Origin: Acidilobaceae archaeon | Lineage (GTDB): Archaea > Thermoproteota > Thermoprotei_A > Sulfolobales > Acidilobaceae | Assembly: GCA_027082825.1 (NCBI GenBank) | Contig: JALWTO010000040.1 | Location: 77,863 to 141,862 of the forward strand | DNA length: 64,000 nucleotides | Reading direction: 5' to 3' | In this document: piece after piece, positions 27,266-35,536 of the stretch | Numbering within the stretch: the first letter of the stretch is position 1 | Layout of the letters: the number at the start of each line of letters is the position of its first letter | Notes under the pieces: model-generated | What the model saw: the letters and a program-made list of their open reading frames with translations, nothing else | What the model was told of the DNA's origin: nothing | Databases searched by the model: none | Translations under genes and position numbers: made by a program

Positions 27266-29254
27266 TTATCTAACCAAAAGTCTCAATACTTCTCTTGCTA
27301 TAGCCTGTGGCCTATAAGCAACTAAAATCTTTACACCAGCCAGTTCGAATTCATAAGCTAAATTTATGTCGTAGTTAGGAGGCGTTATGATCAAGAGCCT
27401 TGTACCTTTCTTGCAGTTCTTTATCGCATCAATAGGATTACCACTTTTTACAGTTTGCTTTATGTCACTCACGACAATGACCTTTTTTGAATGAGAATCA
27501 CAAGCCTCAACGATAGCATTAAACAGGTCAGTATATCCCTTGAATTCTAATGAGAGAAGAAGTTCTGCTAACCCTGATTTATTGAAAGGGCCTTTTATAG
27601 TCTTGATTTCATGACTGAATAAAGTTAATTTTTCAATGTTTCTTACAAAAAGCATTGCTACAGACAAAGCCCACATACTAAACTCCAACATAGAACCACT
27701 AAGATCCAAAGCCAGGCTCACACTTCTGGACTTAAGCTTCCTTATGTATACTAACGGATCTTCCGAATACCTAGCAAGCCTTAGAACGCTATACTTTACA
27801 TGTACTTTGCCATGTCCTGCCAAAGATAGTTCCTTTCTTGGCAAGAGCCTTAGACCTTCTCTACTGGAAAATCTATAGAGATAGTTTGCAGCTACCTTGA
27901 TGAGGTATTTCTTCGTTAACGGATCAGCTTTCTTATAAAGACCTCTAAGAAGAATCAAGCCCTGGCTTATTGGAAGTTTTATTAATATCTTTTCTAATAG
28001 ATCATTAATTTCACCCTTGACTTCCAGAGCAGATACTGTATTCTTTGCTAAGGTAGCCATGGCTCTGACCGTGTTTGGAGTCAAATTGCCTATCTTGACA
28101 CCATTTAGTTTCTGAACTTTTTTAAGACTCCTCTCTGCAAGATAAAGGGCCATTTCCGATCTTCCTTCATTACCAGTTTCTGCATAAAGAAGTGATTCCC
28201 TTAGCCCTATTGCAGCATCTATAGCCGCAGAAAGAAGCTCGGCCTTCTTACCTCTGTAAGGATTGGTCCTCACAGCCCATAGCAATGAGGGATCAACTTC
28301 TGAAACTATACTGTCTATATCGTCTTCATTCTTTAGTTTTTTCAGTACTTTTGCAAATGCTTCAGCAGCCTTTTCCTCGGGAAGCGAGTTTATTATTTTT
28401 AACTTCTCATCTAAGGATATGTTACTATCAGCTAGGCTCTTAGGATCCTTTAAAGCAATTTTTCTGATATGGACCTCTGTAGCAATGCCAGCTTTGTTAA
28501 GAATGAGCATGACTGTTTTATCCTTGACCATAGAACCTTTCATTATTCTTCTGTTCAGCTCTTCAGCTATCGAAGAAAGAAGTCTTTTATCACTATTCCT
28601 TATAGCTTTTTTTCCTAACTTGACTAGTCTTTTATTTGTAATCTCGCTTAGAAATTCATTAAAGTTAGTACTAGATTCTGCTCCAAGAACAATCTCTTCG
28701 TCATTGAGATTTTTATACGAGCTTATAACTTCATTTAGAGAAGAAAAGCCTTTCTTTGCTAAAGACCTCGTTATCTCCAATAATCTCTGCCAATCAGCTA
28801 CCTTTTCATTACTAGGCTTTCCGTAAATTAAGCCTATATTCCTCAGCTTTAAATATGTCGCCACTCTTTCCTTCTTATTTCTGCCATTTCCAAATAACAT
28901 CTTCTTGGTAACCCTTTGGCCTGGTTTTATTTTAAGAAGCCTGAAGCTTTCATCAATCTCATTCATCAACCTTCTGAAATTCTCTTCTTGCATTCCAATA
29001 TAAAGCAAGCTTTCCAAGACATTGACTAGGATTTTTTCTTCGACTTTATTAAGGGCAAGAGTACCTGATAATATAAATTTTATCTCGTCTAATTCTAGAC
29101 TCTCAGTTTTTCTTAAAACCGAATAACTTTTCAGGATTTTTGCTGTCTCTACAAGCTGACTTGTTCCCACACTTACTCCAGATCTCCTAAGAGTTTCAGC
29201 GATGATAGGCAATCTTTCTATGATATTTTCTACTTTAACTAATTTCAATTCCAA
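27266..29254 (-). CDS. CoxE-like von Willebrand factor A (VWA) domain protein with a long helical N-terminal region
   Basis: 662 aa. The C-terminal ~170 aa form a VWA fold with MIDAS DLSGSM (DxSxS) plus downstream T (GYTD) and D (VVSDI). The N-terminal ~480 aa are helical with no motif I recognise. The start overlaps the ATPase gene by 20 nt. Confidence 0.7.
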   Translation of the reverse strand: MELKLVKVENIIERLPIIAETLRRSGVSVGTSQLVETAKILKSYSVLRKTESLELDEIKFILSGTLALNKVEEKILVNVLESLLYIGMQEENFRRLMNEIDESFRLLKIKPGQRVTKKMLFGNGRNKKERVATYLKLRNIGLIYGKPSNEKVADWQRLLEITRSLAKKGFSSLNEVISSYKNLNDEEIVLGAESSTNFNEFLSEITNKRLVKLGKKAIRNSDKRLLSSIAEELNRRIMKGSMVKDKTVMLILNKAGIATEVHIRKIALKDPKSLADSNISLDEKLKIINSLPEEKAAEAFAKVLKKLKNEDDIDSIVSEVDPSLLWAVRTNPYRGKKAELLSAAIDAAIGLRESLLYAETGNEGRSEMALYLAERSLKKVQKLNGVKIGNLTPNTVRAMATLAKNTVSALEVKGEINDLLEKILIKLPISQGLILLRGLYKKADPLTKKYLIKVAANYLYRFSSREGLRLLPRKELSLAGHGKVHVKYSVLRLARYSEDPLVYIRKLKSRSVSLALDLSGSMLEFSMWALSVAMLFVRNIEKLTLFSHEIKTIKGPFNKSGLAELLLSLEFKGYTDLFNAIVEACDSHSKKVIVVSDIKQTVKSGNPIDAIKNCKKGTRLLIITPPNYDINLAYEFELAGVKILVAYRPQAIAREVLRLLVR

Positions 29255-30173
29255 ATACCTCCTTTATTACATCCATAATAATTTCTTCATCCTCACTTCT
29301 CTTAGCAAGGATACTCATTGCTGCTTCCACAACATCCTCAATTAGCACAACAGTACTTCCTCTCAGCTTTGCTATCGACTGTGACATATTGGACCAAGCT
29401 ACGGCCTCTGCTGTTCCGGGCTTATGACTTAAACCTAGCTTTCTCAGCTTTTCTATGGCTTCAAGCATTAAGTCTATTGTATTTGAGGAAAGATGAGGAC
29501 TTGTGTTACTTCTCATTCTTATTATTTTCATTTCAACGTCCTTAGTAGGATAGTCAAATTTAATCCTTGTTGTTCTTCTTAAGAATGCATCACTCAACTC
29601 ATTTTGAGCAATATCCTCTGGATTACTTGTAAGTATTATCTGGAAACCTACACCCCTAGCTCTAAAGACCCTTTTTAGTTCAGGGACTATTATTCTTCTC
29701 TTATCTATTATATCAAGAAGCATATTCTGAAACTCCTCACTACTTCTCCTTATCTCGTCAACAAGGACACCTGTATCAAGTATTAAGGCCGCTAGAAGGG
29801 GTCTTGGAATAAAGCTTTTTTCGTTAAAGCCCTCTTTCATTGCCATAAGTGGATGAAAATCCCCTATAACCTTGTACTCATCATAATTTTCACTACAAGG
29901 AAGAACAAAGGGATTCCTTCCTGCCCAAAGTTCAAGCAAAGCTTCACCTATCTCAGTTTTTCCTGTCCCAGGAGGACCTTCAAAGAGTACAGGCCTACCG
30001 TTCATGAATGCTGCAAACACTATCGTGACCAATCTCTCATCAACAATAAGCTTGTACTCTTTCTCAAGAGTTTTCACGGCTATGCCAGGTTCTCTTACAG
30101 GCTTTCTTTTTCTTATGACATCTCCATATATTTCCTCAATCTTCTTTGCTATCAGATCTTTCTCGATGCCCAT
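29235..30173 (-). CDS. MoxR/CoxD-like AAA+ ATPase
   Basis: 312 aa. Walker A GPPGTGKTE, Walker B GVLVDEIRRSSEEFQNMLLDIID (MoxR-type DEIxR), sensor-1 region ILTSNPED, and AFLRR. Confidence 0.8.
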   Translation of the reverse strand: MGIEKDLIAKKIEEIYGDVIRKRKPVREPGIAVKTLEKEYKLIVDERLVTIVFAAFMNGRPVLFEGPPGTGKTEIGEALLELWAGRNPFVLPCSENYDEYKVIGDFHPLMAMKEGFNEKSFIPRPLLAALILDTGVLVDEIRRSSEEFQNMLLDIIDKRRIIVPELKRVFRARGVGFQIILTSNPEDIAQNELSDAFLRRTTRIKFDYPTKDVEMKIIRMRSNTSPHLSSNTIDLMLEAIEKLRKLGLSHKPGTAEAVAWSNMSQSIAKLRGSTVVLIEDVVEAAMSILAKRSEDEEIIMDVIKEVFGIEIS

Positions 30174-30873
30174 CGACTAAACTACCCCTTTTATTTAAGG
30201 CATCCTCCTTAATGTAAGGAGCTTTCTCATGAGCTATCCAGTCTCCTGGCTCTAATAGATTTTCTCGAAAATCCTTAAGAATAGGATCTTTTTCAAGAAG
30301 ATCACATAATTTCTTAAAAGGACATTTTTCACATCTTTTACCAGGGTTTGAAGCCGGTAATATACCATAATATTTAACCAGGATCAAATCCTCTATAGCT
30401 TTTAAAACTGTGTTGGCTAGATCGCTGTCAAAAGCATAACTTACTGCTCTATTTCTATACCTAATAATCACCTTGGCAGTTATGTTTTCCTGTATACTAT
30501 ATGAAAGAGCAAATGCATAGGTTGATGCCTGAACTACATCACTTAACCATGCACCTCTTCTAGGACCTCTTCCGCTTTTTCTCTCAATAACTTCTAAATA
30601 GTTTCTATCAATCCTATATGAATCAGGTCTTCCAACTATTTTAACGTTACCTACTGAAACCACTATGGGGCTTTCAACACTATAACCCCTAAATTTGTCA
30701 AGAAGACCATAGAACATGTGAAATATTCTCCCTAAAACGAGGCGTATTTTTTCCTTTAAAGACAGCTTGTGGGGCATGTACCTTTCGAAAAAATAATATC
30801 TTGGGCAATATATAAATGAATGAAGCTCACTAGGCAAAACTATATACTCATTTTTACCAGCATTATTCTTCAA
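30136..30873 (-). CDS. stand-alone Cas4-like PD-(D/E)xK exonuclease (DUF83/RecB-like, Fe-S type)
   Basis: 245 aa with all Cas4 hallmarks in order: N-terminal Cys in SFIYCPRYYFF, GRIFH, GRPDSY (D), VIERKSG (ExK), QASTYAFAL (QxxxY), and C-terminal CEKCPFKKLC (C-x2-C-x5-C). No other cas gene or CRISPR array in the window. Confidence 0.8.
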   Translation of the reverse strand: MKNNAGKNEYIVLPSELHSFIYCPRYYFFERYMPHKLSLKEKIRLVLGRIFHMFYGLLDKFRGYSVESPIVVSVGNVKIVGRPDSYRIDRNYLEVIERKSGRGPRRGAWLSDVVQASTYAFALSYSIQENITAKVIIRYRNRAVSYAFDSDLANTVLKAIEDLILVKYYGILPASNPGKRCEKCPFKKLCDLLEKDPILKDFRENLLEPGDWIAHEKAPYIKEDALNKRGSLVDGHRERSDSKED

Positions 30874-30912
30874 TCATCTGCTACCTCAGGGTAGAAAAAC
30901 TTAAGCGTAATA

Positions 30913-30922
30913 CGATATAAAT
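30913..30922 (-). promoter_or_regulatory. TATA-like box for the Cas4-MoxR-VWA operon
   Basis: The minus-strand sense reads GATTTATATC, ~45 nt upstream of the ATG at 30873. A GAGGT SD-like element lies between them. Confidence 0.4.
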
Positions 30923-30933
30923 CTAGGACCTTC

Positions 30934-31281
30934 CTAAGATCCTTCTGAACCTTCATTAGATGCCTTTTTTGATGACTCTTCTGAAGACTCTTCACCTTTC
31001 TTCTCTTTTTCTTCTCCTAGCTCTTTCTCTAACTTCTTTAGCTCATCCTCTAGCTCTTTCTCTATTTCTTCAACAGGCTTTGGAGGAGGTGTTGTTGCAA
31101 GAGTGTATCCTATCCATCCAAGTATCCCAAAAACCCCCACTACAGCGACAAAGCCTGTTATTTTTAATAGATATATATCCCAATGTGGCCTTGGAGGCCG
31201 GAACAATATCCATGTATATACTATTATCACAACTATTGCCAGAACAAGTAACCCTGAACCCACTAGCTTGTCCCTATTCAA
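30934..31281 (-). CDS. small membrane protein (2 TM helices) with a highly charged E/K/S-rich C-terminal tail
   Basis: 115 aa. Hydrophobic stretches LLVLAIVVIIVYTWILF and ITGFVAVVGVFGILGWIGYTLA, then a PPPKP linker and EEIEKELEDELKKLEKELGEEKEKKGEESSEESS. Confidence 0.55.
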   Translation of the reverse strand: MNRDKLVGSGLLVLAIVVIIVYTWILFRPPRPHWDIYLLKITGFVAVVGVFGILGWIGYTLATTPPPKPVEEIEKELEDELKKLEKELGEEKEKKGEESSEESSKKASNEGSEGS

Positions 31282-31353
31282 GCCAAATCACCGATAGCGC
31301 TCAAACCAATTAAGATTATTTAAAGAACGGAATAAAAATGTAAATGGAACATA

Positions 31354-34300
31354 TCAAGAGGATCTTCTTATTGCCAAAGCTATTTTCTTATCCTCAATCA
31401 TCCACTCCTTTATGAAAGCCTTCTTACTAGGACTTTTCAAGAACAAATTCTTTGCTCTAGTTTCATATTTAATATATTCCTCAAATTGATCTATTGCTTC
31501 TAAAAGATCTTTATCTCTAGTCACAATCCATAAATCTACATAGTCGTTTATATCGAGGTTGGCTTCCTTTCTCATAAATTGTACTCTTCTTACCAAGTCT
31601 CTAGCTAAACCTTCCAGTTCTTCCATTCTGGAAACCCTTATATCCAAGCCTATAAGACCTTGCTTACTTTCCTTAACCTTAAGCCAGTCAGGATACTCAG
31701 CAAGTATCTTAACATGCCTTTTTTCTATTCTCAATCTCTTTCCTTCGACCTCTATACTGTAGGATCCTTTGGAAATGATCTCCTTAGCTATCTCTGATTG
31801 TCTTTTTTTAATTACCTCTAGAACTAGAGGTGAATCTCTTTTAAATGTAGGACCTATTTCTTTTAAAACAGGTTCCACTTTATAGATTTTGAGCCTTCTT
31901 AGCGTCTCGGTTCTTTCAATAACAATATCTTTAACATTTGTCTGAGACTTAATGATATCCAGCAGCTTTGCGATCACCTCTTTAACCACATCATCCTTTG
32001 GAATTATCATTGCCCTTTTGAGGGGTCTTCTTATCTTTATGCCTGCCTCCATCCTTATAGAGTTTATAGTCTCTACAATATCTTTAGCTATATCCATTAA
32101 TCTCTCTAATTTCTTGTTGACAAATCTAGGTTCTGACTCTGGAATTTTCTCTAAATGTATGCTTTCCTCACTCTCTTCACATTCCTTGAAAATCTTTTGG
32201 TAAATATACTCAGTGAAAAATGGTATAAAAGGAGCAGCCGCCAAAAGCCATCTTCTGATGACATAGTATAGAGTTACATATGCTGCTTTTTTATCTAGTG
32301 TATCTTCCTCTACCCATACTCTTCGTCTTATCAGTCTGAGGTACCACCTACTAACATCTTCAACTATAAACCTCCTAATGAGCCTAGCAGCCTCATGAAC
32401 CTCTAGACTGTTCATTGTTTTATGGTATTCAGTTAAAAACGAGTTTACTTTAGATAACATCCACAAATCTTCTATTTTGAGGTGTTCTTTTAAATCTTCT
32501 ATTGTAACCTTTGTGGGATCAAATTTATCTATGCCCATATACATGCTAACAAATGAAAAGATATTCCACATAATAGTAAAATCTCTTCTCATCTCATCAA
32601 GCTCTCTCCAAGAAAACCTCAGATCTTCCCATACTGTGTTTTGAAGGAGCCAAAGTCTCACGACATCTCTTGGTACCTTTGATATAAGCTCATTGAAATC
32701 CACATAATTACCAAGGCTCTTATGCATCTCTCTACCTTTTTCATCGAGCATAAATCCATGAACTAATACCTTTTTATAAGGAGTCCTTCCAAACCCTATT
32801 ACACCACTCCTCAATAAGCTGAAGAACCACCCCCTAATCTGGTCATGACCTTCAACTATAAAGTCGACTGGGTTTAACCTCTTCCATAACTCCTCGTTTT
32901 TAGGATAACCTAGACTAGCATAAAAGGATATACCACTGTCAAACCATACATCAAAAACATCTGGAATCCTTTTCATGACTCCTCCACATTTAGGACATTT
33001 CAGTTTAACTTCATCGATCCAAGGCCTGTGAAGATCTTTTGGAATCTTGCCTCCATACTTTTTAAGCTCATTAACACTACCTATGACTACCTTATGGCCA
33101 CATTTCGTGCAGACCCATATTGGAAGAGGTATCCCCCAGAATCTCTGACGACTTATGACCCAGTCTCTGACGTTCTTAATAAGATTTAAGAACCTAGTTT
33201 TGGCCCATGCAGGTTTCCATTCTATGCTCTCGGCTTCCTTAAGAAGTTCTTTCCTGATCTTTGAGACCCTTATTATCCACTGCCTAGTGGCTCTTAACAC
33301 AAGAGGGGTCTTACATCTCCAACAGACAGGGTATCTGTGAACTACTCTTCCTTCATAAAACAAGTAACCCTTCTTCTTTAGATCGTTTATTATCGCCTTA
33401 TTTGCCTCGGTTCTGAAGTAAAGGCCCTCATATCTACCAGCCCCCTCAACCATTCTCCCATCGTTTCCAACAAGACTGATAACTGGGGCTCCAACCTTCC
33501 TCTTATTTATCTCAAAGTCAATATCTCCATGGCCAGGAGCTGAATGAACCAGCCCTGTTCCTTCATAAGGGGTCACAGCCTCAGGTGCCATGACAACTTT
33601 ATGATATTTAGATAGATCCCTCTGCACAGTTACAAGATCGTCAAGAGGATGCCTATATTCAAGCCCTTCAAGCTCTGAACCCTTAAACTCCTCAAGAATC
33701 TCGTATTCATCTATTCCAACATCTTTCATAACAGCTTCCAATCTCTTTTTTGCTAATATCAAAGTATTATTTCCTACCTTAACCTTAACATAGTCCATGT
33801 CAGGATGTGCCATAACAAATATGTTTGCTGGAAGGGTCCAAGGGGTCGTTGTCCATACTAATAAGTATTCGTTCTCTCTTTTGGCAACTGGAAACTTTAC
33901 ATATATAGAAGGATCCTCCATTTCTTTATACTCAGACACCTCATAGTCAGCTAGAGTTGTCTGACAACGTGGACACCAGTGAACTACTAAAAGCTCCTCA
34001 CTCAAAAGCCCTTTCTCAAACGCCTTCTTAAGAAGCCACCAGCCAGATTCCACATATTCATTTCTGAATGTGATATATGGGTCTTCCCAATTCATAAAGA
34101 CTCCTATTTCCCTAAACTGATTTATCATAGCTTTGATGTTTTCGTATGCAAAATTCCTGCAAGAGTTAACAAACTTATCAATGCCTATCTTTTCGGATAT
34201 ATCTTTTTTCGTGTTTATATTAAACTCCTTCTCTATACTTATCTCTATTGGAAGCCCATGTGTATCAAAACCTGGTCTATCCCATACCCAGAAGCCCATC

Positions 34301-34557
34301 ATCCTATAATAACGTAAAAGAACGTCTTTAATTACTTTATTCCATGCAGTTCCTGGATGTATAATATTAGAAGATGCATATGGCGGCCCATCTAAGAAAT
34401 ATACCTTCCTTCGAGAACTGAAACTTTTCTTTTGAACCTTTTCATAAATGTCGTTTTTTTCCCAAAAACTCATTACATCTCTTTCTATTCTAAATTGATC
34501 ATATCTTTCCTTAGCGAGGGTTTCAGGTATTCTACCCAAAGCTATCACCAGTGTCAT
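31354..34557 (-). CDS. ileS: isoleucine--tRNA ligase
   Basis: 1067 aa, class Ia synthetase. HIGH-region variant PYASSNIIHPGTAWNK, a CP1 editing domain, zinc-finger cysteines (CPRC, CWRCK, CTKCGH, CPKCGG), and a KMSKS variant EMHKSLGN. Confidence 0.92.
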   Translation of the reverse strand: MTLVIALGRIPETLAKERYDQFRIERDVMSFWEKNDIYEKVQKKSFSSRRKVYFLDGPPYASSNIIHPGTAWNKVIKDVLLRYYRMMGFWVWDRPGFDTHGLPIEISIEKEFNINTKKDISEKIGIDKFVNSCRNFAYENIKAMINQFREIGVFMNWEDPYITFRNEYVESGWWLLKKAFEKGLLSEELLVVHWCPRCQTTLADYEVSEYKEMEDPSIYVKFPVAKRENEYLLVWTTTPWTLPANIFVMAHPDMDYVKVKVGNNTLILAKKRLEAVMKDVGIDEYEILEEFKGSELEGLEYRHPLDDLVTVQRDLSKYHKVVMAPEAVTPYEGTGLVHSAPGHGDIDFEINKRKVGAPVISLVGNDGRMVEGAGRYEGLYFRTEANKAIINDLKKKGYLFYEGRVVHRYPVCWRCKTPLVLRATRQWIIRVSKIRKELLKEAESIEWKPAWAKTRFLNLIKNVRDWVISRQRFWGIPLPIWVCTKCGHKVVIGSVNELKKYGGKIPKDLHRPWIDEVKLKCPKCGGVMKRIPDVFDVWFDSGISFYASLGYPKNEELWKRLNPVDFIVEGHDQIRGWFFSLLRSGVIGFGRTPYKKVLVHGFMLDEKGREMHKSLGNYVDFNELISKVPRDVVRLWLLQNTVWEDLRFSWRELDEMRRDFTIMWNIFSFVSMYMGIDKFDPTKVTIEDLKEHLKIEDLWMLSKVNSFLTEYHKTMNSLEVHEAARLIRRFIVEDVSRWYLRLIRRRVWVEEDTLDKKAAYVTLYYVIRRWLLAAAPFIPFFTEYIYQKIFKECEESEESIHLEKIPESEPRFVNKKLERLMDIAKDIVETINSIRMEAGIKIRRPLKRAMIIPKDDVVKEVIAKLLDIIKSQTNVKDIVIERTETLRRLKIYKVEPVLKEIGPTFKRDSPLVLEVIKKRQSEIAKEIISKGSYSIEVEGKRLRIEKRHVKILAEYPDWLKVKESKQGLIGLDIRVSRMEELEGLARDLVRRVQFMRKEANLDINDYVDLWIVTRDKDLLEAIDQFEEYIKYETRAKNLFLKSPSKKAFIKEWMIEDKKIALAIRRSS

Positions 34558-34561
34558 TGCT

Positions 34562-34834
34562 CTACTTACTTGTATCTATCCAATCTACCTTCACGTTCTT
34601 TGACTCAATGATCGATGAAACTAGATTCTTTATATCATTTTCAAGCCCTTTCTTATCTACAATTAATTCGATAAATCTGAATTCTGGTAGAACCTTTGAC
34701 GGATGATCTATAACCTCTCCATAACACTCCTTTAGTTTCTTAATCACATCTTTGTGTCTTTCATCAAAGTATGTAGTATAGTAAATTCTATAGAGCTTTT
34801 TCATCACTATTCCCCCAGGCTCTGTACATAGCAC
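34562..34834 (-). CDS. small hypothetical protein immediately upstream of ileS
   Basis: The ORF is 90 aa. The likely start is ATG at 34804 (MKKLYRIYYTTYF..., 80 aa) after a GGGGGA SD-like element. Its stop lies 4 nt before the ileS start. No motif recognised. Confidence 0.45.
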   Translation of the reverse strand: MLCTEPGGIVMKKLYRIYYTTYFDERHKDVIKKLKECYGEVIDHPSKVLPEFRFIELIVDKKGLENDIKNLVSSIIESKNVKVDWIDTSK

Positions 34835-35035
34835 AAATATAGCTGAACTTTAAATTATACTGTTTCGATCTTTTAAGATGTGGCATAGACAGAGGTTTTC
34901 TTGGACAGGGAACCTTTAAGGACATTAGTCTAATGATGCTATCATTTATTTTTACTTTGTTTTTCAAAAAAGAAACATTAAAATAGTGGAAAAACAGGAG
35001 AATTCTTTGGATCTGTGTTCAGAAGGTGATAAAAG

Positions 35036-35494
35036 TTGTCGAGCAGTGGCGCCTCAGGAGGTTTGCCACTAAAGTTAACATCATTAGTAAGGGTTGACTC
35101 CAAAGGCAGAGTAACCATTCCTCAGACCATAAGAGAGGCATTAGGAATAGATGTTGGGATGACTATAGTTGTTGTTGCAGATATTGACAGGAGAGAAATA
35201 GTTTTGGCTCCTGTATCCTCTGATGTTTCAAAGCTATATGAATTTGTAATAGATATAGCTGATGTGACTGGAGCCTTGGCAAAACTTACAAGCAAGTTAG
35301 CAGAATTAGGAATTGATATTGTAACCTCAAAGTGTGCAAGCATAGTTAGAGCTGAGATAGCCAGTTGCACAATAATAGGCGATATAACTAAGGCAAAGAT
35401 TACAGATGCAGACAAAGTACGAAGAGAACTTGAAGAACTAGATGTTATAAGGCATGTGAAAGTAAGGCCTTTAGGAGGATCTTTGATAGCCTAA
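35036..35494 (+). CDS. AbrB/SpoVT-type DNA-binding domain fused to an ACT-like ligand-binding domain (putative regulator)
   Basis: 152 aa. LVRVDSKGRVTIPQTIREALGIDVGMTIVVV is a swapped-hairpin AbrB/MazE motif. The C-terminal YEFVIDIADVTGALAKLTSKLAELGIDIVTSK...IIGDI...RELEELDVIRHVKVRPL has an ACT-like beta-alpha-beta-beta-alpha-beta pattern. Confidence 0.6.
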   Translation: MSSSGASGGLPLKLTSLVRVDSKGRVTIPQTIREALGIDVGMTIVVVADIDRREIVLAPVSSDVSKLYEFVIDIADVTGALAKLTSKLAELGIDIVTSKCASIVRAEIASCTIIGDITKAKITDADKVRRELEELDVIRHVKVRPLGGSLIA

Positions 35495-35536
35495 AGCCTT
35501 TAATTTTTATAGCTAACAGACAATTGGTGCCAGAAC

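Noticed and set aside
28263-28826. 187-aa plus-strand ORF antisense to the VWA gene. Similar long antisense ORFs occur at 42284-42799 (opposite priL), 47288-47755 (opposite thiI), 13127-13435, 18079-18393, 20267-20629 and elsewhere.
   Set aside because: Their translations are low-complexity and S/L/F-rich, the mirror image of K/E-rich coding strands. They lie wholly inside genes that have strong motif support, and they lack SD or TATA context.
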